Below, piece after piece: positions 17,703 through 25,624 of a stretch of 36,430 nucleotides of DNA. Origin of the DNA: an uncultured bacterium (GTDB lineage Bacteria > T1Sed10-126); the NCBI GenBank assembly GCA_964440635.1, contig CAYTSZ010000002.1, positions 1-36,430 on the forward strand. The letters run 5' to 3'. Position numbers and translations under genes: made by a program. Each line of letters starts with the position of its first letter. The stretch's first letter is position 1. The notes under the pieces are model-generated. The model did no database searches, was not told where the DNA came from, and was given only the letters and a program-made list of their open reading frames with translations.

Positions 17703-18470
17703 CTAGTTTTCAGATTCCCGGCCGCCAAAACGGCGCTCGCGATCCTGGTAATCAAACAAAGCGGACAGGAAACAGGAACGGTCAAAATCAGGCCAGAGAA
17801 CATCCGTGAAATAAAGTTCCGTGTAGGCCACCTGCCAGAGCATAAAATTCGAAAGTCTCTGTTCCCCGCTGGTTCTGATCAAAAGATCAGGCGAGGGCTG
17901 GCCGGCCGTATCCAGATAACCGGAAAACATCTCTTCAGTGAACTCTCCGGCCACCATTTCCCCGCTCTCAAGCTCGTTTCCAACTTTTTTGATAGCGCGA
18001 ACTATCTCGTCCCGGCCGCCATAGTTCAAAGCAAGATTAAGTATGAATTTATTGTTGGCAGCAGTTTTTGAAACTACATTATTAAGTTGCCGGCGAACAA
18101 ATGAGGGAAACTCGCCGGGTTCACCAAGAATATTTAAACGTATGTTGTTTTTTTGCATGGTGGGAAGTTCCTGCTTTAAAAACCGGACCAGTAATTTAAA
18201 TAAAGTTTTAATCTCCATCTTCGGGCGCTTCCAGTTTTCGGTACTGAAAGCATACAAAGACAAAATATTCAAACCATCGATATGGGAACAGAACTCAACT
18301 ATTTCCCGTGCCCGCTCGCTGCCCGCGCGGTGACCTTCAGCAAGTTCAACCGACTGTTTGTGGGACCAGCGTCCATTACCATCCATGATAATAGCCACGT
18401 GGCGGGGAATTTGACCCCGGCTGTGAATTTTTTGCAGATTTTCCTGCAAATCTGCAGGCAACTGTGACAT
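17703..18470 (-). CDS. uppS: isoprenyl transferase (undecaprenyl diphosphate synthase family)
   Basis: HVAIIMDGNGRW, FSTENW.RP and RTSGE.RLSNF..WQ motifs. 255 aa. Confidence 0.95.
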   Translation of the reverse strand: MSQLPADLQENLQKIHSRGQIPRHVAIIMDGNGRWSHKQSVELAEGHRAGSERAREIVEFCSHIDGLNILSLYAFSTENWKRPKMEIKTLFKLLVRFLKQELPTMQKNNIRLNILGEPGEFPSFVRRQLNNVVSKTAANNKFILNLALNYGGRDEIVRAIKKVGNELESGEMVAGEFTEEMFSGYLDTAGQPSPDLLIRTSGEQRLSNFMLWQVAYTELYFTDVLWPDFDRSCFLSALFDYQDRERRFGGRESEN

Positions 18471-18471
18471 C

Positions 18472-19029
18472 TCAAACAGTCATAATCTCTTGTATTTTTT
18501 TCTCCTGAAGCTCGTCGATCATTTCTTCATAACGGTCGGTAAATTCCTGAATTTTTTCTCGGGCGCGGTGGGCATCATCTTCCGAGATTTCCCCTTCCGA
18601 TTCCAGAAGGTCCACCTCATCGCGAGCCTCCCGGCGAATACCTCTCAGAGCGATCTTACCTTCTTCGGAATATTTTTTGACAACGGAAGTAAGTTCTTTG
18701 CGGCGCTCCTCGGTCAGATCGGGGATCTGGATCCGGATAATCTCACCATCATTATTGGGGGTGAGACCGAGATTGGACTCCATTATCCCCCGCTCAATAT
18801 CTTTGATGGAACCGGTATCATAGGGTTGAATTACAACCTGTTTGGCATCCGGTATCTGAATCTTGGCCAGTTGGTTAAGCGGGGTGGGTGTACCGTAATA
18901 ATCAACTTTTACCGTTTCAAACAAAGAGGGTGTCGCGCGGCCGGTGCGAACGGAGTTAAAGTTTTTTTGAACCACCGCGATAGCTTTTTGCATTTTTGCT
19001 TTTGTTTCACTGTAAAGTTGTTTAATCAT
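18472..19029 (-). CDS. frr: ribosome recycling factor
   Basis: 185 aa with the typical RRF sequence (VRTGRA.P.L...V.VDYYG..TPL.Q...I...D...L.I.P.D). Confidence 0.96.
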   Translation of the reverse strand: MIKQLYSETKAKMQKAIAVVQKNFNSVRTGRATPSLFETVKVDYYGTPTPLNQLAKIQIPDAKQVVIQPYDTGSIKDIERGIMESNLGLTPNNDGEIIRIQIPDLTEERRKELTSVVKKYSEEGKIALRGIRREARDEVDLLESEGEISEDDAHRAREKIQEFTDRYEEMIDELQEKKIQEIMTV

Positions 19030-19765
19030 TGTCGTTTCCTCCGGATATTAATGTACCGATCTTTGCTCCCTGAACAACCTGTTTAAGATTACCTTCTTTT
19101 CTGATATCAAAAACCACAACCGGTAGATCATTATCCCTGCAGAGGGAAGTTGCAGTAAGATCCATAATCCGCAGGTCCCGTTTAAGAGCTTCAATGTGAG
19201 TGAGGCGGCCAAAACGGATAGCATCGGGATTTATTTCGGGGTCACTGTCATATACACCATCAACTTTTGTTGCTTTCAGCAGGGCATCAGCTTTAGTCTC
19301 CAGGCCGCGCAGGGCGGCAGCCGTATCTGTGGTAAAAAACGGACGACCGGTACCGGCGACGGCAATATTTATACCGCCGGCAAGCAGATGATCAATGGCT
19401 TTTTCACGAGTAAACGGTTCGGTGATCGCTTCAATGGCAAGGGCGCTAAACAGGCGAGGTTTGGCATCCAGCCGACCAAGGGCATCTTTGAGGGCCAGAC
19501 CGTTAATTACCGTGGCCATCATTCCCATATAATCAGCATCGGCCCGGTCAATACCAAGTCTGCTGGCGGGCAGTCCCCGGAATATATTTCCGCCGCCGAT
19601 CACCACAGTAACCTGGGCACCCAGGTTACTTATTTCTGCTATCTGACCGGCAATGGAATCTATCATCAGGGCAGAAACGCCGTAATCTTTTTCACCCTGC
19701 AGGACTTCACCGCTCAATTTGAGGACAACACGTTTAAACCGCAGTTCGTCGCTCATATGGCTCAT
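19022..19765 (-). CDS. pyrH: UMP kinase
   Basis: KRVVLKLSGE...GGGNIFRG...TTDTAAALR motifs. The 3' end overlaps the frr start by 8 nt. An alternative start is at 19756. Confidence 0.96.
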   Translation of the reverse strand: MSHMSDELRFKRVVLKLSGEVLQGEKDYGVSALMIDSIAGQIAEISNLGAQVTVVIGGGNIFRGLPASRLGIDRADADYMGMMATVINGLALKDALGRLDAKPRLFSALAIEAITEPFTREKAIDHLLAGGINIAVAGTGRPFFTTDTAAALRGLETKADALLKATKVDGVYDSDPEINPDAIRFGRLTHIEALKRDLRIMDLTATSLCRDNDLPVVVFDIRKEGNLKQVVQGAKIGTLISGGNDND

Positions 19766-19917
19766 CCTTTAAGAACTACAAAGTATTCCTGGCCTGTTAT
19801 TTCGATTATAATCAAACCAGCATAGACCTAAAACCCTGCAACTGGTCATCTCCGCCTGAGTCAGTATTCACAGTAGCAAAGAAGTTTTCAATTAGAAAAC
19901 AGCGATCAGTTCTAAAA

Positions 19918-20571
19918 CTAACCGATTTCCTTTGCCACTTCTTCAGCGAAGTTTTCCTCTTCCACTTCAATTCCTTCGCCAACCTCAAAACGATCAAAAC
20001 GCCGGACCCGGACATTTTCATCCACGTCGGCAATAACTTCCTCCACTAATTCCTGAATGGTTTTTTCGGGTTCTCGAATATAGGGTTGCTCCAGCAAAAC
20101 TTCTCTGGCAAGAAACTGTTTGCTCAGTTTACCGGAAAGAATCTGTTCCTTAATACTGTCCGGCTTACCCTCCAGTTCATCGGCCATCTGGGTGGCGATG
20201 ATCTCTTTCTCCTCCTGCATAACTTCCTCAGGAACATCCGCCTGGGAAACATAACTGGGGGACTGGGCGGCAATCTGAAGGCAGAGTTCATCCACCAGTT
20301 TTTTGAAACTATCAGTTTTAGCCACAAAATCAGTCTGGCAGTTAACCTCCACCATGACCCCAATTGAGCCACCCATATGCAGGTAGGTACCGATGAGACC
20401 TTCTGCCGCCTGACCGGTCTTCTCACGAGCTTCTTCAAGACCTTTTTCCCGCAGATAGCGGGCAGCGGCTTCAGTGTCACCATCACATTCTTTCAAAGCT
20501 TCTTTACAATCCATAATTCCAGCCCCGGTTTTATCACGCAGGGACTTTACTTCACTTGCTGATATTGCCAT
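19918..20571 (-). CDS. tsf: translation elongation factor Ts (short form, 217 aa)
   Basis: N-terminal UBA-like VK.LR..TGAG.MDCK.AL, then HMGG.IGV.VE.NC.TDFVA. Confidence 0.95.
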   Translation of the reverse strand: MAISASEVKSLRDKTGAGIMDCKEALKECDGDTEAAARYLREKGLEEAREKTGQAAEGLIGTYLHMGGSIGVMVEVNCQTDFVAKTDSFKKLVDELCLQIAAQSPSYVSQADVPEEVMQEEKEIIATQMADELEGKPDSIKEQILSGKLSKQFLAREVLLEQPYIREPEKTIQELVEEVIADVDENVRVRRFDRFEVGEGIEVEEENFAEEVAKEIG

Positions 20572-20607
20572 TCCTAATACACTCCTCTTTAAAACCTGTT
20601 TTTCAGT

Positions 20608-21522
20608 TTAAGCCTTCTCTGCTGTTTCTTCCTCGACCACGTCAGCGGCTTCTTCTTCATCCACTTCTTCCGGATCAACCTTTTCGGGTTCTTCCGGAGC
20701 CGGTTCTTCAATCGCATCTTCAGCGGATTCCAGTTCCGGTTCCTCTCCGGGAGAAATGATTTCCGCTTCTGTTTCAATTTCCTGTTCGGCAACTTTCTCG
20801 GCCTGAAGGGCAGCCTGTTCTTCGGCAATTCTTTTTTCCTGGATTTTCTTACCTTCCATGACGGCATCGGCGATAATCTTGCTGTAAAGAGCAAGCGCGC
20901 GGATTGCATCGTCATTGCCGGGAATACCGTAATCAATAAGTTCCGGATTACAGTTGGTGTCAATAATACCAATAACCGGGATATCAAGTTTACGGGCTTC
21001 CTTAACAGCTATTTCCTCCGCCACAACATCCGTGACAAACAGCATATCAGGCAGATCTTCCATATCACGCACACCGGAAAGATTACGCTCAAGACGATTC
21101 TTTTCGCGTTCCTTCTGGCGGGCCTCCTTGTTAGAAAGACGATCCATAATATTTTCTTCTTCCATTTTTTCCAATTCTCTGAGTTTATCCACACTTTTGC
21201 GGATAGTCTTAAAATTGGTCAGAGTTCCACCCAGCCAGCGGCGATTCACAAACGGCATACCGCAGCGTCGGGCATGCTCTTCCAGGGAATCGGAAGCCTG
21301 GCGTTTGGTTCCGACGAAAAGAATAACTTCGCCCTCGGCCACACGCTGAGTTATCATTTCCGTAACCTGTCTGAACCGTTCGATGGTCTGCTGAAGATCA
21401 ATAATATGGACACCTTTACGTTCGGTGAAAATATACGAATCCATTTTAGGATTCCATCGGCGGGGTTGGTGGCCAAAGTGGACACCGGTTTCCAACAAGC
21501 TCTTCATAGGTACTTCAATCAC
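20608..21522 (-). CDS. rpsB: 30S ribosomal protein S2 with a roughly 70-aa acidic C-terminal extension
   Basis: LLE.GVHFGHQ.RRWNPKM, F.GTK and D.N.DP motifs. GTG start with AGGAGG 8 nt upstream. The C-terminus is Glu/Ala/Pro-rich low complexity. Confidence 0.95.
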   Translation of the reverse strand: MIEVPMKSLLETGVHFGHQPRRWNPKMDSYIFTERKGVHIIDLQQTIERFRQVTEMITQRVAEGEVILFVGTKRQASDSLEEHARRCGMPFVNRRWLGGTLTNFKTIRKSVDKLRELEKMEEENIMDRLSNKEARQKEREKNRLERNLSGVRDMEDLPDMLFVTDVVAEEIAVKEARKLDIPVIGIIDTNCNPELIDYGIPGNDDAIRALALYSKIIADAVMEGKKIQEKRIAEEQAALQAEKVAEQEIETEAEIISPGEEPELESAEDAIEEPAPEEPEKVDPEEVDEEEAADVVEEETAEKA

Positions 21523-21573
21523 AATAAAAACCTCCTACGGGTTAATCGACCGCTTCCTTCAACTTGAAGACAA

Positions 21574-21680
21574 TCCCGCACTCAATCGGGCTTTAGCAGG
21601 GAATAATAAAGAATAGCTCTGTAACACAGTTATTTTGATTACCTGTGAATCAAACTGCTACTCCCCGATTGAGTGCGGGA
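21574..21680 (+). repeat. long-hairpin element copy 4 (variant arms, 72-nt loop) in the rpsB upstream region
   Basis: Arms TCCCGCACTCAATCGGG (21574-21590) and CCCCGATTGAGTGCGGGA (21663-21680). The loop ends resemble copy 1 (TTAGCAGGG..., ...ACTGCTACT). There are extra internal hairpins (CTGTAACACAG; TGATTACCTGTGAATCA). It lies 52-158 nt upstream of the rpsB GTG. Confidence 0.8.
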
Positions 21681-21779
21681 CACCCTTCTTCAAATCCAGA
21701 AACGTGATTGATTTAAGTTAATTCAGTTCACAAACAATAGAGTTTAGCAAATAAACCCCTTAAAAACAAACATAAAAAT

Positions 21780-22178
21780 CAAAACATCCAGTCAAAACCA
21801 GTTCCACCACATAGAGAAGCAGACAAGGAGAAGGGGAGACAGGGGGACAAGGGGCAACGTCAACATCAACTACTTTTTTACCACAGGTCACAGAGGTAAA
21901 ATCAAAACCGATAAACAAAGTGCATAGTTCAAACTATAAATCAAAACCAATGGATTGCGGATCACTGACCGGAATGACAACCTAAAACAGGTTGCCTTTA
22001 CTGTTGAAGGTTCCTTTAAAATGTTTTGAATTTACTTGGTGTCCCTCTGTGACCTCTATGGTAACCGCCCTTGACTTTGTCATCTCGACCTTTGACCTTT
22101 GACCTCCGACCCCTGACTTATAGCCTCATCACGCAATCACGACTCAGCTTTTGAATCTACTCCTTAACTTCTTCACTC
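21780..22178 (+). repeat. mosaic long repeat, copy LR4 (modules E/D, E'/B', G, C-core, F)
   Basis: It contains segments 87/89 and 55/55 identical to LR3 in direct orientation, and about 170 nt homologous to LR1 in inverted orientation. Confidence 0.88.
22084..22111 (-). repeat. four tandem heptamers (GGTCGGA GGTCAAA GGTCAAA GGTCGAG on the minus strand)
   Basis: The plus strand reads CTCGACC TTTGACC TTTGACC TCCGACC. This is the homolog of the 3-unit array at 7772-7792. Confidence 0.8.
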
Positions 22179-22199
22179 GGGCGGTTTCGACTCTTCGAT

Positions 22200-22802
22200 C
22201 TATTCCTTTTTATTTTTCTCCGGCGAGGGGATATTCGCTTTGTCGGCTACGTAAACACGGGCCGGGAATATATTGAGCCAGACACGGTGGAGGCCGACGG
22301 GGCCAAAAATAGATTCTATATCATCCTTGTAGTCAAGCGAATACTGGAATTGAACATAACGACCGGTAGGTTTTAAACTATCTCTTACCGTACGAAGAAT
22401 CGACATTGCAAGACTGTCGGGCAAGGTGCTCAAAGGCAAGCCGCTAACTACATAATCGAGACCTTCCATGCCTTCTTCGACACATATCTGATCAAGTTCA
22501 TCTGCACTGCGATTCAAAACTTTAATAGCCGATGATTTCTCATGATCACTGTACATTTCTTTAAGCTGCTTGCTAAAAAAATCATTGATTTCGATCAGCA
22601 GAAGTTTTGAATCGGGATGTAATCTTTCCACAATTTCCTCGGTCAAAGCACCATCACCGGGACCAAGCTCTGCTATACAGCACGGTTGATCAAGATCCAT
22701 TTGATCGGCTATCTTTCGGGCCAGAAAACGGGAACTGGGGAATATGGTGGAAAGTTCACGCGGATTTTTGAGAGCCTGAATAATCCAGTTAAATAATCTC
22801 AT
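22200..22802 (-). CDS. class I SAM-dependent methyltransferase (COG3963 phospholipid N-methyltransferase / rRNA adenine methylase-like)
   Basis: 200 aa with N-terminal FPSSRFLARKI followed by the ELGPGDGALT SAM-binding motif. Confidence 0.7.
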   Translation of the reverse strand: MRLFNWIIQALKNPRELSTIFPSSRFLARKIADQMDLDQPCCIAELGPGDGALTEEIVERLHPDSKLLLIEINDFFSKQLKEMYSDHEKSSAIKVLNRSADELDQICVEEGMEGLDYVVSGLPLSTLPDSLAMSILRTVRDSLKPTGRYVQFQYSLDYKDDIESIFGPVGLHRVWLNIFPARVYVADKANIPSPEKNKKE

Positions 22803-22884
22803 AATATAATCACCTGAATAAGAAATCGGGAATTAAAATTATCCAAATTAAATCGAAAAATATATTTTATATTCTTTCAAGCTA

Positions 22885-23949
22885 TTAGGCCAGTTTTTTA
22901 ACTTCGGCCACCAGAGCATCGACCAGTTTTTCCTCGGGCAGTTTTTTTATAACCTTGCCTCGAACAAAAAGCAAACCCTCACCCTGGCCGGCGGCTATAC
23001 CCACGTCGGCCTCGCGAGCTTCCCCGGGGCCATTCACCACACAACCCATAACGGCCACCCTGAGAGGAGCCTTGCATCCTTCAAGACGCTCCTCAACTTC
23101 AGAGGCAACCTTTTCAAGATTTATTTTTGTTCGGCCACAGGTGGGGCAGGTAATGATGTCAGGATGGGTCAAACGGCGGCCGCTGTCCTGCAAGATTGCG
23201 TATGCGACATCTATTTCACGGTTCGGATCACCGGTCAGCGAAACCCGAACAGTATCCCCTATTCCATCGACAAGCAATCCCCCGAGGCCGGTGGCGGTTT
23301 TAATAGCTCCTCGAGGATAAGAGCCCGCCTCGGTAACTCCCAGGTGCAGTGGATAATCGGTCTTTTCGGCAAAAAGGCGGCAGCTTTTAACGGTCACCGG
23401 AACCAGGGAAGACTTCAACGAAACAATCGTATCGTAAAAACCCAGCGACTCAAAGAAATCCAGAAACTCGACAGCACTGGCAACCAGAGCCTCCGCGGTG
23501 GGCCCGTCAAATCTATCTAACATTTCTTCGCCAAGCGAGCCGGCATTTACACCTATACGAAGCGGCACATTCGCTTCTTTACAGGCCAGCACAATCTCCC
23601 GGGTCCGTTCCCGCCCGCCGATATTGCCGGGATTGATCCGCAGCTTATCTACACCCTGCTCGAGGGCAAGAAGTCCGAGCCTGTAATCAAAATGAATATC
23701 AGCCACAAGTGGAATATCAATAGCTTTTTTGATTGAGTTGAGACAGAGCGCCGATTCGCGGTCAGGCACAGCAACCCGTATAAGTTCGCAATCCCTCTCC
23801 TGCAGCCTTTTTATCTGGCTCACTGTAGCTTCTATATCTGTGGTGGCGGTATTTGTCATTGATTGAACTACAATAGGGTTTTTACCACCGATTGGCACGT
23901 CTCCCACTTTAACCACCCGGGAGGAACGTCTTTCGGAAAGAGACTCCAT
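22885..23949 (-). CDS. ispG: 4-hydroxy-3-methylbut-2-en-1-yl diphosphate synthase (flavodoxin-type)
   Basis: V.VG.V.IGG..PI.VQSMTNT, RINPGNIG and C-terminal CP.CGR...MGC.VNGPGE motifs. I prefer the start at MESLSERR (23949), directly after the rseP stop. The ORF-track start at 24003 overlaps rseP. Confidence 0.93.
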   Translation of the reverse strand: MESLSERRSSRVVKVGDVPIGGKNPIVVQSMTNTATTDIEATVSQIKRLQERDCELIRVAVPDRESALCLNSIKKAIDIPLVADIHFDYRLGLLALEQGVDKLRINPGNIGGRERTREIVLACKEANVPLRIGVNAGSLGEEMLDRFDGPTAEALVASAVEFLDFFESLGFYDTIVSLKSSLVPVTVKSCRLFAEKTDYPLHLGVTEAGSYPRGAIKTATGLGGLLVDGIGDTVRVSLTGDPNREIDVAYAILQDSGRRLTHPDIITCPTCGRTKINLEKVASEVEERLEGCKAPLRVAVMGCVVNGPGEAREADVGIAAGQGEGLLFVRGKVIKKLPEEKLVDALVAEVKKLA

Positions 23950-23950
23950 T

Positions 23951-25285
23951 CTAACCGGAAAAAAATCCGAAAATATATTCAAACAAACCAATCCGGGATA
24001 CATCCACCCAGGTCACCAGTATAAAAATGGCTAAAAGCAGAGCCAGACCAAGCCGGTTGGCATATTCATAAACAGCGTCTGGAAGCTGACGACCGGTGAA
24101 TAATTCGGGCAGTGAAAGAAGTATATGCCCACCATCCAGAACGGGAATTGGTAAAAGATTTATCACGCCCAGATTTATGGACAAAAATGCGGTAAATCCC
24201 AGCAACTGAACAATACCCAGCCTGGCCACCCGACCGGTAATCATAACAATTCCCACCGGGCCGGCCATGGAACTTACTGAAAGCTGACCGCTTATCAATC
24301 CCCAGAGACCCAGAAACATTAATTTTATTACCTCAACCGTTTTTCCGGCAGCGTAGGGCCAGACAGTTATTAAATCGTATTGATTGTGTTCATAGGGAGG
24401 GCGGGCACCGAGACTGACATAAAAATCTCTTTTACTTTCCTCTTCGACGGGGACGGTAAGATAAGCGGTATCCTGGCTGGTACTGTCGCCGTAAACCACA
24501 GGAACCGTATCGTTCAACTCGGCCAGTAAATAATTAAATTGATCCCAGGATTTAACTTTTTTTCCGGAGACAGAAAAAATAGTATCCCCGACGCTGACAC
24601 CCTTTTTGGCCAGCAGTGAATCTTCCTTCAGACCTCCAATGACAGGGGGCAGATAGGGAGAAATGCCAATAAGATATTCCGGTTGAAATATGGATCTCTC
24701 CTCCAGTTTTTTCGGGGTCAACCGAACAGTTTTTACTTCACCATCCCGTTCAATTTTTAAAACTCTTTCGACCCCTCCGAGCAAACTGTTTCGGGTTTGA
24801 ACATCCTGGAAATTTTCTACTTTTTTATCATTAACCTCAAGTATCTTATCGCCAATTTCCAGCTTACCCGCGGCAGGCATCTCCGGTTGAACAAAACCCA
24901 CCCTGGCCGGTAAAGCCATTTCACCGACAAAATAACCAAGCGGGACGTAAAGAAAAAAACCCAGGAGCAAATTACAAAGAGCACCGGCCACCAGAACAGC
25001 AAGCCGAGCTTTCACGGGCCGGTTTTGGAACGAACGCGGATTTTCAGACGCCTCCCCGGGTTCTTCCCCGGCAAGTTTTACATACCCGCCCAGCGGTATT
25101 ATACAGAGTCGGTATTCTGTCTCAGGACCCTGATACGAGAAGATTTTTGGTCCCATCCCCAGTGCAAAAGCTTCGATTTCGACATCATTATAACGAGCAA
25201 CCAAAAAATGGCCCAGTTCGTGGATAAAAACAACAATACCAAATACAAAAATAAAACCCAAAAAAGGAATCAACCAGCCAAACAT
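23951..25285 (-). CDS. rseP: RIP site-2 zinc metalloprotease RseP
   Basis: HELGHF HExxH motif in TM1, central PDZ region, C-terminal NLLPIPVLDGGH. 444 aa. Confidence 0.93.
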   Translation of the reverse strand: MFGWLIPFLGFIFVFGIVVFIHELGHFLVARYNDVEIEAFALGMGPKIFSYQGPETEYRLCIIPLGGYVKLAGEEPGEASENPRSFQNRPVKARLAVLVAGALCNLLLGFFLYVPLGYFVGEMALPARVGFVQPEMPAAGKLEIGDKILEVNDKKVENFQDVQTRNSLLGGVERVLKIERDGEVKTVRLTPKKLEERSIFQPEYLIGISPYLPPVIGGLKEDSLLAKKGVSVGDTIFSVSGKKVKSWDQFNYLLAELNDTVPVVYGDSTSQDTAYLTVPVEEESKRDFYVSLGARPPYEHNQYDLITVWPYAAGKTVEVIKLMFLGLWGLISGQLSVSSMAGPVGIVMITGRVARLGIVQLLGFTAFLSINLGVINLLPIPVLDGGHILLSLPELFTGRQLPDAVYEYANRLGLALLLAIFILVTWVDVSRIGLFEYIFGFFSG

Positions 25286-25455
25286 TACTATCTCTCCATT
25301 ACTGCAGGATACTTAAAATCAGATAACATTATAGCATTAAGTGAAATCGAAGCGTAGGAAGTCCGGCTAAAAACAAAACCTTCCAATGGTCATTTCCGTC
25401 TCCGGGCGAAAACCATAATTTACATTTTTACCTCGATTTAATTAAAACTAAACTC

Positions 25456-25486
25456 TGGATTACCGGGTCAAGCCCGGTAATGACGG
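25456..25486 (+). repeat. solo REP-A hairpin
   Basis: TGGATTACCGGGTCAAGCCCGGTAATGACGG is identical to the 9229 unit core. It lies between the phosphonate operon 3' end and the rseP start. Confidence 0.85.
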
Positions 25487-25624
25487 GGAGGGGGAGTAAA
25501 ATACCAGGACAGGACCAATAATAAAAAACCGGTAGAAGTTTCTGGGTGAAAAACAGACCTGTCAAATCCCAAACCGCCGACCGGAAGATACCCGCGAAAA
25601 TTGGTTTGCCTTCGATTTATATTT

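Noticed and set aside
17690-17803. Longer N-terminus for cdsA overlapping uppS by 101 nt, and the analogous ispG extension (23950-24003) overlapping rseP
   Set aside because: The internal ATGs at 17689 and 23949 give proteins that start where homologs start, and they abut the upstream stop codons. The extensions are hydrophobic or odd read-through of the neighbouring gene's other frame.
20589-20987. 132-aa very basic ORF overlapping the 3' end of rpsB on the same strand
   Set aside because: It is an alternative reading frame of the GAA/GAG-rich acidic tail region. Its Lys/Arg-rich composition is the expected frame-shift artefact.
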